Positions 18,067 to 27,769 of a DNA stretch of 64,000 nucleotides are shown one piece after another. This DNA is from Fimbriimonadales bacterium. Lineage in GTDB: Bacteria; Armatimonadota; Fimbriimonadia; Fimbriimonadales; JABRVX01. The position numbers and the translations under genes are program-made. Numbering within the stretch: the stretch's first letter is position 1; the number at the start of each line of letters is the position of its first letter. The notes beneath the pieces are model-generated. The model searched no databases and was not told where the DNA came from. It was given only the letters and a program-made list of their open reading frames with translations. Where the stretch lies: the NCBI GenBank assembly GCA_045862955.1, contig BTVI01000005.1, positions 39,765-103,764 on the forward strand. Reading direction: 5' to 3'.

Positions 18067-20688
18067 CTACTCCTGCACCACTCGTACTGTGAGAAACAGT
18101 ACCACCTCGGACCCGGTCTTGGTCTTCGAGCGATGGCGGAATAGCTGTCCCAAGAAGGGCAGGTCACCTAACAGCGGCACCTTGGTCATCGTCATCAGCT
18201 CTTCTTCGCGGATGAGGCCGCCGATGACGATGGTCTCGCCGTCCCTCATGCGGATGTTAGTGTCCACGTTGCGCGATGCCACCTGCGGGAGCTTCCCGCC
18301 ACCGGGTACGTCGTTGAACGCAGTGATGAGGCTCACGTCGGTCGCCAATGACAGTGTCACGCTGTTGTCGGGTGCTACGCGAGGCGTGGCGTTCAGCAGG
18401 ATGCCGGCTTGGACCTCGCCGATGGTGATGGTCGGACCGGTGGTAGTCTGCGATATCTGCTCGACGTACTTCACGATGTCGCCGATGAAGATTCTCGCCG
18501 GCCTGCCATCCAGCGCCGACACCTTGGGACTGGCTAGCAACTTGGATCTCTTACTTACTACCAGGGCGTCCAAGATGCCGTTGATAGATCCGATGAAGGT
18601 TTTCGGATTGAACGACATGTTGAACGTGTTGACGATGGGATCGCCGAGCGTCTCGAACGTTCGCTGCCAGTCGTTAGTAGTATTGTACTGGTTCCTCTGC
18701 TCGAAGGTATTGTTACCCACCTTATCGTTCAGCTGCGAGTTGCCGTCGCGTACGTTCTGCTGAGTCTCGCCGGTACTGGCACGCTCGATGTTCTGAACGT
18801 TGATGACACCGTTGTCGAATAGGTCCCACTTGACACCCAGCTTGTCCAAGTCGTCGCGCAGAACGTCCATGACCTTGGCCTCTATGACCACCTGCGGCTC
18901 CGGCTTGTCGAGCTGAGCTAGCAGCTGCAGTGCCTGCCCGACCTGCTCTTTGGGGCCGGTCACTAACAGGTGCCGAGAGGGCTCGGGTTCCCGTTGCTGT
19001 GTCTTCACTCCGGCGGGCACGATGGTCATCGGACCTTCGGTTACCTTCACCCCAGGGATGAGGCTCGATGTGCCGTCGCCCGACTTGCCACCCGAATCGG
19101 TTCCGCCGGAGAAGAGGGATTGTAGCGAGCGGCTGCTCAGGTGCTTGGCGACGTACACCTCGGTAACCTGATCGAACGGCACGTCGAGAACGGCGAGAAT
19201 TTCGAGAGCCTTATCTACCGCCGCTCGCGGGCCCTTCAGAACCAGCTTGCGATCGTCGCCGCTCGCAGGGCCCGTTTCGCCGCCGCCTGCCGGCTTCGTC
19301 TCCGTCTTGGCAGCTTCTTCCTGCGCGGCGCCGCCGGCCTCTTGCGGCTCCTCGGGCACAGCGCCACCGGTCGTCTTCGTGGTCGCGGCCTGTTCCGTGT
19401 CCTTTGCCTTGGCCGCAGACGCGCCGGCCTGGGCTCCTTTGGCCTGCTTAGCAGCCATGCCGAGGGCGGAAGGGCCCACCATCGCTAGCACGCCGGGCAC
19501 CAGGTTCTTCGCTCCCTGGAAGTAAGTCTTCAGGTCGTGAGCGTCACGGTGGCGCGCGGTGTAGATCTCGATCACCTCATCCTGCGAGAGGTGCGTAGTG
19601 AGCAGCATTCGCGCGCGTTGCACCTCTGGAGCCGGTCCCCGAATGGCTACCACCGGCGCTCCGCCAGCAGGCCCGGGCATCACCTTGACGCTCGGCATGA
19701 GCGATTGTAGGGACTCCGCGATCTCCTGTGGCGAGCCTGTCACTGGCACGAACTCCGTGACATCCTGAAGCGGTACATCCTGCTGACCGGGAGGCGCCTC
19801 GGTGGTAGCGAAGCGCTTCAGGAAATCCTCGGTGCCGACAACGTAGGTTCGGCCGACCAGCGCGTAGCGATACCCGGCCATGGTGGTGATTAGTTCGAGT
19901 GCGGTTCGCACACTCTCGTCGCGCATCGAGACGGTGATCTCCCCCTTCACGTCCGGTGCAGTGACGATGTTCACACCGGCGTTCTGGGCGAGTGCGCGCA
20001 GGATAACCACCACGTCGGCCTTCGGGAACTCGAGCGAGACCTTGGCATCCGGCACCGGCGGCCGCTGAGCCGCTTGGGGAGCCGCGGCACGCACGCGCTG
20101 CTGCTGAGTCTCACGCTGCCGCTGCTGTTCTGCCAGGTCTGCCTTGCCTTCGTAGGTGTTCTGGCGGACGGTGTCAGCAGTCTTCGGAGCTACCGTCGGC
20201 ATCGGCTCGGAAGCGGGTATCACGGCAGGCGCAACCGGCTTCGTAGCCGGGTCGACCTTCGGAGTGACATCGGGCTTTGGCGCGACAGCAGGCGACTTTT
20301 CCGAGACCACTCCCAGCCAGATCAGCCAGTCGCCGTTAGATGCTTGCTCCACGACGGGCTGGACGCCTGGGTCGATCCAGGCAAGCACATTGACGACCGG
20401 AGGCTTAGCTTTGAACCACCCATACTGGACGTAACGTACCTTAGGCTGCTTGAGCGAGACGTACTGCGCCTTAATTCCGAGCGAGGCATTGAACGATGCG
20501 ATCCATGCCTTGCCGGCGTTCGACCGTGAAAATGTAGGCTGCGGGAGGTCGGTGCCTTGCACACGGACGACTGCGCCGTCGCCCTGCTTGGTCACGGTTA
20601 CTTTGGTGATGGTCGGCCCTGCCCAAGCCATGCCGGTGAGCAGCAGGCCGGCCCCCAGAACAACGAAGCTATTTCTTGTCTTCAACAA
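18067..20688 (-). CDS. pilQ: Secretin (PilQ/GspD family) with N-terminal AMIN-like domain
   Basis: Signal peptide, N0 (VSLEFPKADV..ILRALAQNAGVNIV), LDKPEPQVVIEAKV, LLASPKV and DGETIVIGGLI..KVPLLGDLPFLGQLFR. Confidence 0.9.
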   Translation of the reverse strand: MLKTRNSFVVLGAGLLLTGMAWAGPTITKVTVTKQGDGAVVRVQGTDLPQPTFSRSNAGKAWIASFNASLGIKAQYVSLKQPKVRYVQYGWFKAKPPVVNVLAWIDPGVQPVVEQASNGDWLIWLGVVSEKSPAVAPKPDVTPKVDPATKPVAPAVIPASEPMPTVAPKTADTVRQNTYEGKADLAEQQRQRETQQQRVRAAAPQAAQRPPVPDAKVSLEFPKADVVVILRALAQNAGVNIVTAPDVKGEITVSMRDESVRTALELITTMAGYRYALVGRTYVVGTEDFLKRFATTEAPPGQQDVPLQDVTEFVPVTGSPQEIAESLQSLMPSVKVMPGPAGGAPVVAIRGPAPEVQRARMLLTTHLSQDEVIEIYTARHRDAHDLKTYFQGAKNLVPGVLAMVGPSALGMAAKQAKGAQAGASAAKAKDTEQAATTKTTGGAVPEEPQEAGGAAQEEAAKTETKPAGGGETGPASGDDRKLVLKGPRAAVDKALEILAVLDVPFDQVTEVYVAKHLSSRSLQSLFSGGTDSGGKSGDGTSSLIPGVKVTEGPMTIVPAGVKTQQREPEPSRHLLVTGPKEQVGQALQLLAQLDKPEPQVVIEAKVMDVLRDDLDKLGVKWDLFDNGVINVQNIERASTGETQQNVRDGNSQLNDKVGNNTFEQRNQYNTTNDWQRTFETLGDPIVNTFNMSFNPKTFIGSINGILDALVVSKRSKLLASPKVSALDGRPARIFIGDIVKYVEQISQTTTGPTITIGEVQAGILLNATPRVAPDNSVTLSLATDVSLITAFNDVPGGGKLPQVASRNVDTNIRMRDGETIVIGGLIREEELMTMTKVPLLGDLPFLGQLFRHRSKTKTGSEVVLFLTVRVVQE

Positions 20689-21265
20689 CGCCCCCTCCGA
20701 TTGCCAGAGTCACGGTCTTCTTTAGATGCCGTACGGTCACGGAACGAGGTGTCACCTTCAGAATGCGAGTCGTGTCGTCTGCCGTGTGGCCCTCGCGAAC
20801 CAACACCTGTTCTCCCGTGGCATTGCGCAGGACGACGATGGGAACGGGTCCGACCACCACCCCGACTGCTTCCCAGCCACAGCCGTTCAGGGCCTTCTCG
20901 GCAGGCAGTGATGGAGGTGGGTTGCCGCCGAGCGGCTCGAGCTTGGGCGAATCGATGGCCTGGGTAGGGCGCTCCGCTTCCGGCGGCCTGAACCGCGTGC
21001 CATCCGGCAGACGCCCCGGGCCTGTCTCGGTTGCCGCCGTTGCACCCGCAGGCTTCGCGAACGGGTCTCGCACCGGCCCGATGCGTACGCCGTCGGGCAG
21101 CGGCATCTCTTGCGCCGGCTCGGCGCCCTTGGTCTCTGCCTGCTTCTTCGGCTGCTTGGGCTCGGGACGCGGCTCGTTCTTCGGCCCTCCTATGAATTGG
21201 AGTGCGCCCACGCCGAGCAACGCCACTGCCAAGGCACCGACGATGAGAACCTTCTTATCCGCCAC
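20669..21265 (-). CDS. PilP/GspC-like membrane-anchored protein
   Basis: TM anchor, RDPF motif and C-terminal beta domain (AVGVVVG..VLVREG..ILKVTPRSVTV), between pilO and the secretin. Confidence 0.65.
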   Translation of the reverse strand: MADKKVLIVGALAVALLGVGALQFIGGPKNEPRPEPKQPKKQAETKGAEPAQEMPLPDGVRIGPVRDPFAKPAGATAATETGPGRLPDGTRFRPPEAERPTQAIDSPKLEPLGGNPPPSLPAEKALNGCGWEAVGVVVGPVPIVVLRNATGEQVLVREGHTADDTTRILKVTPRSVTVRHLKKTVTLAIGGGVVEDKK

Positions 21266-21962
21266 CGCTCACCCCCTGAGTCGAGCCCGGACGATCCGTG
21301 GACGCTCGGGATGGGGACTCCGCGAGGTTTTGTGGTTTCGTCGGGAAGATGTACGCCCTAACGCCAAAGGTTGCGGTCAGCTTTGGCGGACCTACGTCTC
21401 TCGGGTTCGGCGAGGCGCTGATGGACACGGATCTCACGGCAATGATCTTCGGGAATCCGCTGACCATTTCGAGGAACTTGAGGACCTGAAGGTACTGGCC
21501 GGTGGCCTCGATTTCGAAATCCATCTCCTCGTAAGGCTTCCGCTCTTCCTTTTTCTTGGAATCGTCCTTCGGTGCACCGGGAGCGGCCTGCTCTTTCTCC
21601 TCGCCCGTGGGCTTCGGCTTCTCCTTTTTGGGCACGGGGCGCACACCGGTAATGCGCAGGCCCGAGGCATGCCCCATCGCCTCTAGCTCGCGGAGCATGG
21701 TGGGGACGTAGTCGCGGGTCGGGAGGTTGAGCTCCAAGTGCGCGACGGCCAGCCGGCTGGAAACCGTGGCGTTTCGCAGCTGCGAGACCTGGCGGCGCAG
21801 GGCTTCCGGGTTCTCCAGCTCTTTCGCCAGCTTGTCGGCTTCGGATTTGACCGACTGCCACTCGGCTGCCTGCATGTAGCTCAGTCCACCGGCGAGGATC
21901 AGTGAAATCACCGTCAGTAATAGGAACACACGCTGCGACTTTGCGAGGGCATCATGAGTCAC
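21255..21962 (-). CDS. pilO: Type IV pilus PilO-like protein
   Basis: TM, coiled coil, LP..VPTMLRELE..SGLRI and YEEMDFEIEATGQYLQVLKFL..FPKIIAV. Confidence 0.8.
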   Translation of the reverse strand: MTHDALAKSQRVFLLLTVISLILAGGLSYMQAAEWQSVKSEADKLAKELENPEALRRQVSQLRNATVSSRLAVAHLELNLPTRDYVPTMLRELEAMGHASGLRITGVRPVPKKEKPKPTGEEKEQAAPGAPKDDSKKKEERKPYEEMDFEIEATGQYLQVLKFLEMVSGFPKIIAVRSVSISASPNPRDVGPPKLTATFGVRAYIFPTKPQNLAESPSRASTDRPGSTQGVSGGG

Positions 21963-22554
21963 CGGCCTTGCCTCCTTCCTTCGCTTCGGCGTCCCTCGGA
22001 ACGGTGAGCTTTGCAACGATTTCGAACTCGACGCCGACGTTGTTGCCGGACTCCTTTTCCTTGGTGTACTTCAGCTCCACTTGAGCGAGGTCTGGACACT
22101 CGTTCAGTCTTTGCATAACCGTGCCGACCAAGCTCTGGTCCTGAGCGTAACCTGCGAACCGAATCTCCACACCTTGCCCCGCGGTCTTCGCCTCCTGAGC
22201 TCGGAGGCTCGTCAGCCAGGTGTTCTGGGGCATTCGAGCCGCGACGTGGCCGAGCACACGATGCCACGTCCCGGTTGCGCGGCTTGCTGCTTGGAGGGTG
22301 GTCAGCTTGGGACGAAGGACTGCCAGTTCCTTTTGACCTTCTGTGATGGCATGCTGATAGGGTTGCATGCCGGCACTCTTAGACTTCAGGTCAGCGAGTC
22401 GGTCATTCTGGCGGTCCACTTGCCACGTCAGCCCACCGACAGCTGCCAGCCCGGCACCGAGTGAGATGACCCAGGCAAGCATGAACGCACGCGTCTTGCG
22501 CACCGCCAGCCGCTTCAGGGCCCTCTGTTCTGAGATCAGGTTGACTAAAGGCAC
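21952..22554 (-). CDS. pilN: Type IV pilus PilN-like protein
   Basis: MPLVNLI start motif, TM, coiled coil and W..VL..MPQNTWLTSL. Confidence 0.85.
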   Translation of the reverse strand: MPLVNLISEQRALKRLAVRKTRAFMLAWVISLGAGLAAVGGLTWQVDRQNDRLADLKSKSAGMQPYQHAITEGQKELAVLRPKLTTLQAASRATGTWHRVLGHVAARMPQNTWLTSLRAQEAKTAGQGVEIRFAGYAQDQSLVGTVMQRLNECPDLAQVELKYTKEKESGNNVGVEFEIVAKLTVPRDAEAKEGGKAGDS

Positions 22555-22568
22555 GGTGAACTCACCTC

Positions 22569-23672
22569 CTAAGCCACCATCGCCTGGCGGCCGGTGCGTC
22601 GCATGGCCAATCCTGTGGCTACGCCGTATTCGGAGCCTTCTTCTGGGTCCACCCCCTCGCTGCCGACGAGGAACCTCGGGCTTTCCCAGGCACTGAGGAA
22701 CTGACAGGGCAGACCCAGCTTGTATCCGAGGTAATCGGCGATCCCCTTCATTCGCGCTGCCCCGCCGCTTAGTAACAGCACCGACACAGGCGCGACCGAT
22801 GAGGCCTCGGACTGCTGGGTCTGGTAGTAGTTGATGGAGCGGCGCAGCTCTCGAACCATCTCGTCCACGATGGGTTGCACCAGGCGGAGCTGGGGTGGCA
22901 CCTCGGTGTTCTGTTCTGCACCGACGAGCGGCGAGAAGTCGAGCGAGTGCTTGGAGGTCCTTGCTGTCTCCTCGTCAGTCCGGAAGAAGGTCTTGAGGGC
23001 TTCTGTGAGGGTCTCTCCGGCGATGGGGATGGAGCGCGTAAGGGAGAACTGTCCGTTAGCCACCACGCTTATGTGGGTGTGTGCCGCCCCCATGTCGACC
23101 AGAGCCATCGTACGCTCCGCGTAGGCATCGTCACGACGTGCCTCGATGAGGGCCCGGTAGAGAGCGAAGCCTTCGATGTCTACCACCTCGGTCTCGAGGC
23201 CCGCGTGATGGAGCGCGGCAACACGGCTCTCGACCATGTCCTTCGGCGCGGCGACAACCAAGACATCCATCTTGCCGTCCCCCGCGTCTCCCATCATGTC
23301 GAACTCGATGTAGCTGTCCTCCACCGAGGACGGCACGTACTTGCCAGCTTCGAACTTGATGGACTTGCGGAGAGCCGCTTCGTTCATTTTGGGGAGCTTG
23401 ATGGAGCGTACGATGACCGAGGAGCCGGCGACTGCGATGTTGGCGGCGGTAGCTCCTACTCCCGTGCGTCTCAACAGGTCCCGCAACGCAACGCCGAGCC
23501 TGTCCGGGTCCACGACGACACCGTCCCGCACCGTCTCCTCTGGCGTTTCGGCCTTAGCGAAGTGGCTAACCAGCAGTCTGTCGCCCGCGGGCTCGACCTG
23601 AGCGATCTTGATGGAATAGCTCCCTATGTCTACGCCGACGAACGTGTCTCGGCTGAATAGCTTAAGACCCAT
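22569..23672 (-). CDS. pilM: Type IV pilus assembly protein PilM
   Basis: VGVDIGSYSIK, VLVVAAPK, LVDMGAAHT, LLSGGAA and ATGLAMR. Confidence 0.93.
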   Translation of the reverse strand: MGLKLFSRDTFVGVDIGSYSIKIAQVEPAGDRLLVSHFAKAETPEETVRDGVVVDPDRLGVALRDLLRRTGVGATAANIAVAGSSVIVRSIKLPKMNEAALRKSIKFEAGKYVPSSVEDSYIEFDMMGDAGDGKMDVLVVAAPKDMVESRVAALHHAGLETEVVDIEGFALYRALIEARRDDAYAERTMALVDMGAAHTHISVVANGQFSLTRSIPIAGETLTEALKTFFRTDEETARTSKHSLDFSPLVGAEQNTEVPPQLRLVQPIVDEMVRELRRSINYYQTQQSEASSVAPVSVLLLSGGAARMKGIADYLGYKLGLPCQFLSAWESPRFLVGSEGVDPEEGSEYGVATGLAMRRTGRQAMVA

Positions 23673-24120
23673 CCGTGTCCTCCTCCAAGTCCGTCTCGGC
23701 CAGAACCGGATCCAGGGACTGGGCCGCCAGCCAGTCGTCCAGGGCAGCCTTCGGGAAGCGCCATTTGCCCTGCAATCGGAACGCTGGCACCTGGTGTGTC
23801 TCGCATAGCTGTTCGAGCTCCGCAGCCGAGAGCCTGACGTACTTCGCGGCCTCGCGCAGGGTGAGAACCGAGTGCGCTCCTCCGATGATGCCGCGGAACA
23901 ACACGCTGAGCTGGTCGGGGCTTAGGAACAGTTCGAGTCGAACTACGCTGCCGCCGAAGACGCTTGCGGAGGGAGGCGCAGGCTGAGCCACGTGTACCGG
24001 TCGGGTCCCTGCCGTGGCAGAGGAGGGCGGCACGACGGGAGGGGATTCCGGCACGAGAGCCGGATCGGCCACCGGCGTTGGGTTCTTGGCGGCTTGCCTT
24101 ATGGCGTCTACGAGCTGCAT
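23662..24120 (-). CDS. Excisionase-like (HTH_17) domain protein
   Basis: VLTLREAAKYVRLS....QVPAFRLQGKWRFPKAALDDWL; overlaps pilM. Confidence 0.8.
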   Translation of the reverse strand: MQLVDAIRQAAKNPTPVADPALVPESPPVVPPSSATAGTRPVHVAQPAPPSASVFGGSVVRLELFLSPDQLSVLFRGIIGGAHSVLTLREAAKYVRLSAAELEQLCETHQVPAFRLQGKWRFPKAALDDWLAAQSLDPVLAETDLEEDTDGS

Positions 24121-24121
24121 T

Positions 24122-24937
24122 CTAGGCTGCCCTCTCCTCGAAGTCCTGCGTGATCGAGTGCATCGTCACCCCGTCTATGTGCCTCAGCCCCTGGGCCATC
24201 CCAACCATCAGTGCGTTGTCGGCGAGCTGACTAATAAGTCGTGGGGTCCCGCCACTGACCCGATGGATTTCGAACACTGCGTCCGGAGTGAAGGGAGACT
24301 GCCCGTTGGCGTAGCCCGCTACCCTCATGCGATGGGCGATCATTTCGCCGGTCTCTTGGGGATCGAGCGCCTTCAGCTCGTACTTCACGGCGATGCGCTG
24401 CTTGAGGGCGGGCACCTTCTCCAGCCGATCTCGCAGTTCGAGCTGTCCCATGAGCAGAAGGCTCATCAAGAACTGGTCGTTCATCTGGCAGTTCAGCAGC
24501 AGCCTCAGCTCCTCGAAGGTCTGGGCTGATTTGATGAGATGGGCTTCGTCTACGAGAAGCACCACCTGCTGACCACGCTCGTAGGCACTCAGGAGGGTTC
24601 CGTGGAGTGCGCTAACCATGGCTTGGCGCGTGCGACCCGTCGCCGTGGCTCCCAGCTGTTCGAGGATTTCTCGAAGCATCTGGGTTGGGGACAACAGCGG
24701 GTCCACGATCAAGACCACCTTGTAATTCACTGGGTCGAGCAGCTCGAGGAGCTTTCTGCTGACGGTGGTCTTGCCGTAGCCGATGTCTCCGGTCAGCAGA
24801 CCTGCCCCCTTGTTGCGCGTGATGGCGTAGTGCAGCATCATCAGCGCATCCTCGTGCTTTCGGCTCAAGTACAGGAAGCGCGGGTCGGGCGTGAGGCTAA
24901 ACGGAGGCTCTAGCAGCCCCCAGTACTGCTCATACAA
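24122..24937 (-). CDS. ExeA/GspA-family AAA ATPase
   Basis: MYEQYWGL..PFSLTPDPRFLY, GDIGYGKTT, LLVDEAH, MGQLEL and GTPRLI..LAD. Confidence 0.92.
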   Translation of the reverse strand: MYEQYWGLLEPPFSLTPDPRFLYLSRKHEDALMMLHYAITRNKGAGLLTGDIGYGKTTVSRKLLELLDPVNYKVVLIVDPLLSPTQMLREILEQLGATATGRTRQAMVSALHGTLLSAYERGQQVVLLVDEAHLIKSAQTFEELRLLLNCQMNDQFLMSLLLMGQLELRDRLEKVPALKQRIAVKYELKALDPQETGEMIAHRMRVAGYANGQSPFTPDAVFEIHRVSGGTPRLISQLADNALMVGMAQGLRHIDGVTMHSITQDFEERAA

Positions 24938-25113
24938 TTCAGTTCCTCCCGGCGGGACTCACGCTGCAATTATCGTCACCGCCCAGGCAAACCTATAGGC
25001 GCGCTCCAGGTTTCCTTGCGCAGGGTTTTGAGCGTGGGCGGGCGCTCCGGGTAACCTTGCTAGGTGCCTCCGCCCGTTGCGGTGAAGGTAGTTGCTCGAT
25101 ATGGGAGGAAGCG

Positions 25114-25413
25114 ATGGCTCTCATGGAAATCTCGGTGGTGCCGGTGGGCACCGGAAGCCCTTCGATTGGCGACTACGTTGCCGCTGCGCATCGGATTGCG
25201 GTCGAGTCGGGCCTCCCCCACATGCTCTGCGAGTTCGGCACGGTCATCGAAGGCGAGCCAGAGGAATTGCTGGCATTGGCGGCACGCATTCACGCCGCCC
25301 CTTTCGCGTCCGGGGCGAAGCGGGTGGTCACCACGATCAAACTGGATCAGAGGACGGACAAGGAGGTCCACCTCGGCGACAAGGCTGCCGCGGTTCAGCG
25401 TAGATTGGAATAG
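25114..25413 (+). CDS. MTH1187/YkoF family thiamine-binding protein
   Basis: EISVVPVGTGSPS..YVA, GTVIEG and RVVTTIKLDQRTDK. GGAGG RBS. Confidence 0.88.
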   Translation: MALMEISVVPVGTGSPSIGDYVAAAHRIAVESGLPHMLCEFGTVIEGEPEELLALAARIHAAPFASGAKRVVTTIKLDQRTDKEVHLGDKAAAVQRRLE

Positions 25414-25425
25414 GAGAGGTTCGGG

Positions 25426-25614
25426 ATGGAACCCATACGTAGGCCCGACCCACAGCATCTGGTTCACGCTGTGAAATTCCGGCTCAAGGCGACGCCGCTG
25501 GACGCGAACCACATCGCGGACGTGGTGGTAAGCATGTTCGACGAGGTACTGGTTCAAGTGGAGCAACGGCTGGCGGAGCTGGAACAGCGAGTTCGCCGGC
25601 TGGAGGAAAGGTAG
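25426..25614 (+). CDS. Small hypothetical protein with C-terminal coiled coil
   Basis: 62 aa, RBS upstream, LAELEQRVRRLE. Confidence 0.55.
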   Translation: MEPIRRPDPQHLVHAVKFRLKATPLDANHIADVVVSMFDEVLVQVEQRLAELEQRVRRLEER

Positions 25615-25882
25615 TTGCCTGGAGCCTTCGGGAAGCGGTTTCTCGCTTAGACAAGCTCGGCGTGAGGGCTTCTTGGGTGCGCGAAGGCTCCAAAGGACCC
25701 AAGCCCGGGGTCGAGTGCAGGTTACTGCTGTTGGGGAGGTACGCTAGCGAAGCCCAAGAGCGCTGCTCGGGCGCGCCCCAGACGACGTGCGAGCATTTGC
25801 TGCGTTCCGTGCCGACAATTAGGCAGATTGCGCCGATAATCAACAGCGACGCCATGGGCGGCGTCGCTAGGGAGGGTGGTTC

Positions 25883-26470
25883 ATGAGCCTGGTCCCCATG
25901 GTGGTGGAACAGACTGCACGCGGTGAGCGTGCCTATGACATCTATTCGCGGCTTCTGAAGGACCGCATCGTCTTCCTGGGCGAGCCGGTTGACGACCACG
26001 TCGCCAACCTGATCATCGCCGAGATGCTGTTCCTGGAGAAGGAAGACCCGGATAAAGACATAGAGCTATATATCAATACTCCGGGCGGGGTAGTTGCGGC
26101 CGGCTTGGCCATCTATGACACGATGCAGATCCTGAAGTGCGACGTTGCGACGATCTGTGTCGGGCAAGCCGCGAGCATGGGAGCCGTCTTGCTCTGTGGA
26201 GGTACCGAGGGCAAGAGATACGCACTGCCGCACGCTCGAATCATGATCCATCAGGTCCATGGGGGCTTTCAGGGCACTGCGATAGACATCAACATTCAGG
26301 CCCGAGAGATCGAGCGCAACATGGAATACCTGAAGCAGATCCTCTCTCGGCACACGAAGCAGCCCATCGAGAAGGTCTCCAAGGACACGGAGCGGGACTA
26401 CTTCATGTCCGCTGAAGAGGCGAAGGCATACGGTCTCATCGATCAGGTTCTCGACCGAGGCGGTCGCTAG
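25883..26470 (+). CDS. clpP: ATP-dependent Clp protease proteolytic subunit
   Basis: [29 protein letters not shown] and RIMIHQ. Confidence 0.98.
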   Translation: MSLVPMVVEQTARGERAYDIYSRLLKDRIVFLGEPVDDHVANLIIAEMLFLEKEDPDKDIELYINTPGGVVAAGLAIYDTMQILKCDVATICVGQAASMGAVLLCGGTEGKRYALPHARIMIHQVHGGFQGTAIDINIQAREIERNMEYLKQILSRHTKQPIEKVSKDTERDYFMSAEEAKAYGLIDQVLDRGGR

Positions 26471-26483
26471 GGAGGACATCGGA

Positions 26484-27755
26484 GTGGCGAAGATGGGAAT
26501 GGAGCGTCTTGACGGGCGGTGCGTTCTTTGTGGGAAGTCTCGCGATCAGGTGCGCAAGCTGATCGTCGGCCTTTACGGGGGCGTATGCTCGGAATGCATT
26601 GATTTGTGCCTGGATATCATGCGCACCGAACCGCCGAAGACGCCAAAACCGGCGGGCCGCACGTTCGTAGAAACCATTCCCAAGCCCAGAGAAATCTACG
26701 ACTTTCTCTGCCAGTACGTGGTGGGGCAAGAGGCGGCAAAGCGCACTCTCTCCGTCGCTGTGTACAATCACTACAAGCGCATCCGGATGGGCCCGAGTTC
26801 CGACGTCGAGCTGCAGAAAAGCAACATCATGCTGGTGGGCCCGACTGGCAGCGGCAAGACGCTGCTTGCACAGACCTTGGCCAAGATCCTCAACGTACCC
26901 TTTGCCATCGCCGACGCTACGTCTCTCACAGAAGCGGGCTACGTGGGCGAGGACGTAGAAAACATTCTCCTCAAGCTCTACCAAGCGGCAGATACGGGCG
27001 ACCCGAAGACCACGGTGGAGGCTGCCGAGCGCGGCATTATCTATGTGGACGAGGTGGACAAGATCGGGCGCAAGTCCGATAACCCTTCCATCACGCGCGA
27101 TGTGTCGGGCGAAGGCGTGCAGCAAGCGCTACTCAAGATCTTGGAAGGGACGATTGCGAACGTGCCGCCGCAAGGAGGCCGCAAGCACCCCCATCAGGAG
27201 TACATCCAGATGGACACCTCGAACATCCTATTCATCTGTGGCGGGACGTTCGAGGGAGTGGAGAACATCATCGCGCGACGACTGCGCGACAACTCGATGG
27301 GCTTTCGGGCCAAGCCTGCCAGCAAGTCCAAGCCGTCGCAGAGCCTGCTACCCCATCTGCTTCCCGAAGACCTGCTTCGCTTCGGGTTGATTCCGGAGTT
27401 CATTGGACGACTGCCGGTGATTGCCACGCTGGATCCGCTGGACGAAGCGACCTTGGTGCGCATCTTGGTGGAGCCGAAAAACGCACTCGTGAAGCAATAT
27501 CAGAAGTTCTTCGACATAGACGGCGTGGAGCTGGAGTTCGAGGAGGGGGCGCTTCAGGAGATTGCGCGGGAGGCCATGAAGCGCGGCACCGGCGCGCGGG
27601 CGCTGCGGGCGATCATCGAGAGCATCATGGTCAACGTGATGTATGAAGCCCCTTCCACGCCGAGCGTAAAGAAGGTGATCATTCCACCGAAGCCTTTCAG
27701 CGAAGGCCAGCAGCCGCGCATGCTTACAGCGGACGAGATAAAGCAGGCCAGCTAG
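26484..27755 (+). CDS. clpX: Clp protease ATP-binding subunit ClpX
   Basis: C4 zinc finger, [17 protein letters not shown] and PPQGGRKHP. Confidence 0.98.
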   Translation: MAKMGMERLDGRCVLCGKSRDQVRKLIVGLYGGVCSECIDLCLDIMRTEPPKTPKPAGRTFVETIPKPREIYDFLCQYVVGQEAAKRTLSVAVYNHYKRIRMGPSSDVELQKSNIMLVGPTGSGKTLLAQTLAKILNVPFAIADATSLTEAGYVGEDVENILLKLYQAADTGDPKTTVEAAERGIIYVDEVDKIGRKSDNPSITRDVSGEGVQQALLKILEGTIANVPPQGGRKHPHQEYIQMDTSNILFICGGTFEGVENIIARRLRDNSMGFRAKPASKSKPSQSLLPHLLPEDLLRFGLIPEFIGRLPVIATLDPLDEATLVRILVEPKNALVKQYQKFFDIDGVELEFEEGALQEIAREAMKRGTGARALRAIIESIMVNVMYEAPSTPSVKKVIIPPKPFSEGQQPRMLTADEIKQAS

Positions 27756-27769
27756 GGCGGCGGATAGGT

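Noticed and set aside
23662..24120. Prophage or integrative element suggested by the excisionase-like HTH
   Set aside because: No integrase, att repeats or phage genes, and the gene is embedded in the pil operon.
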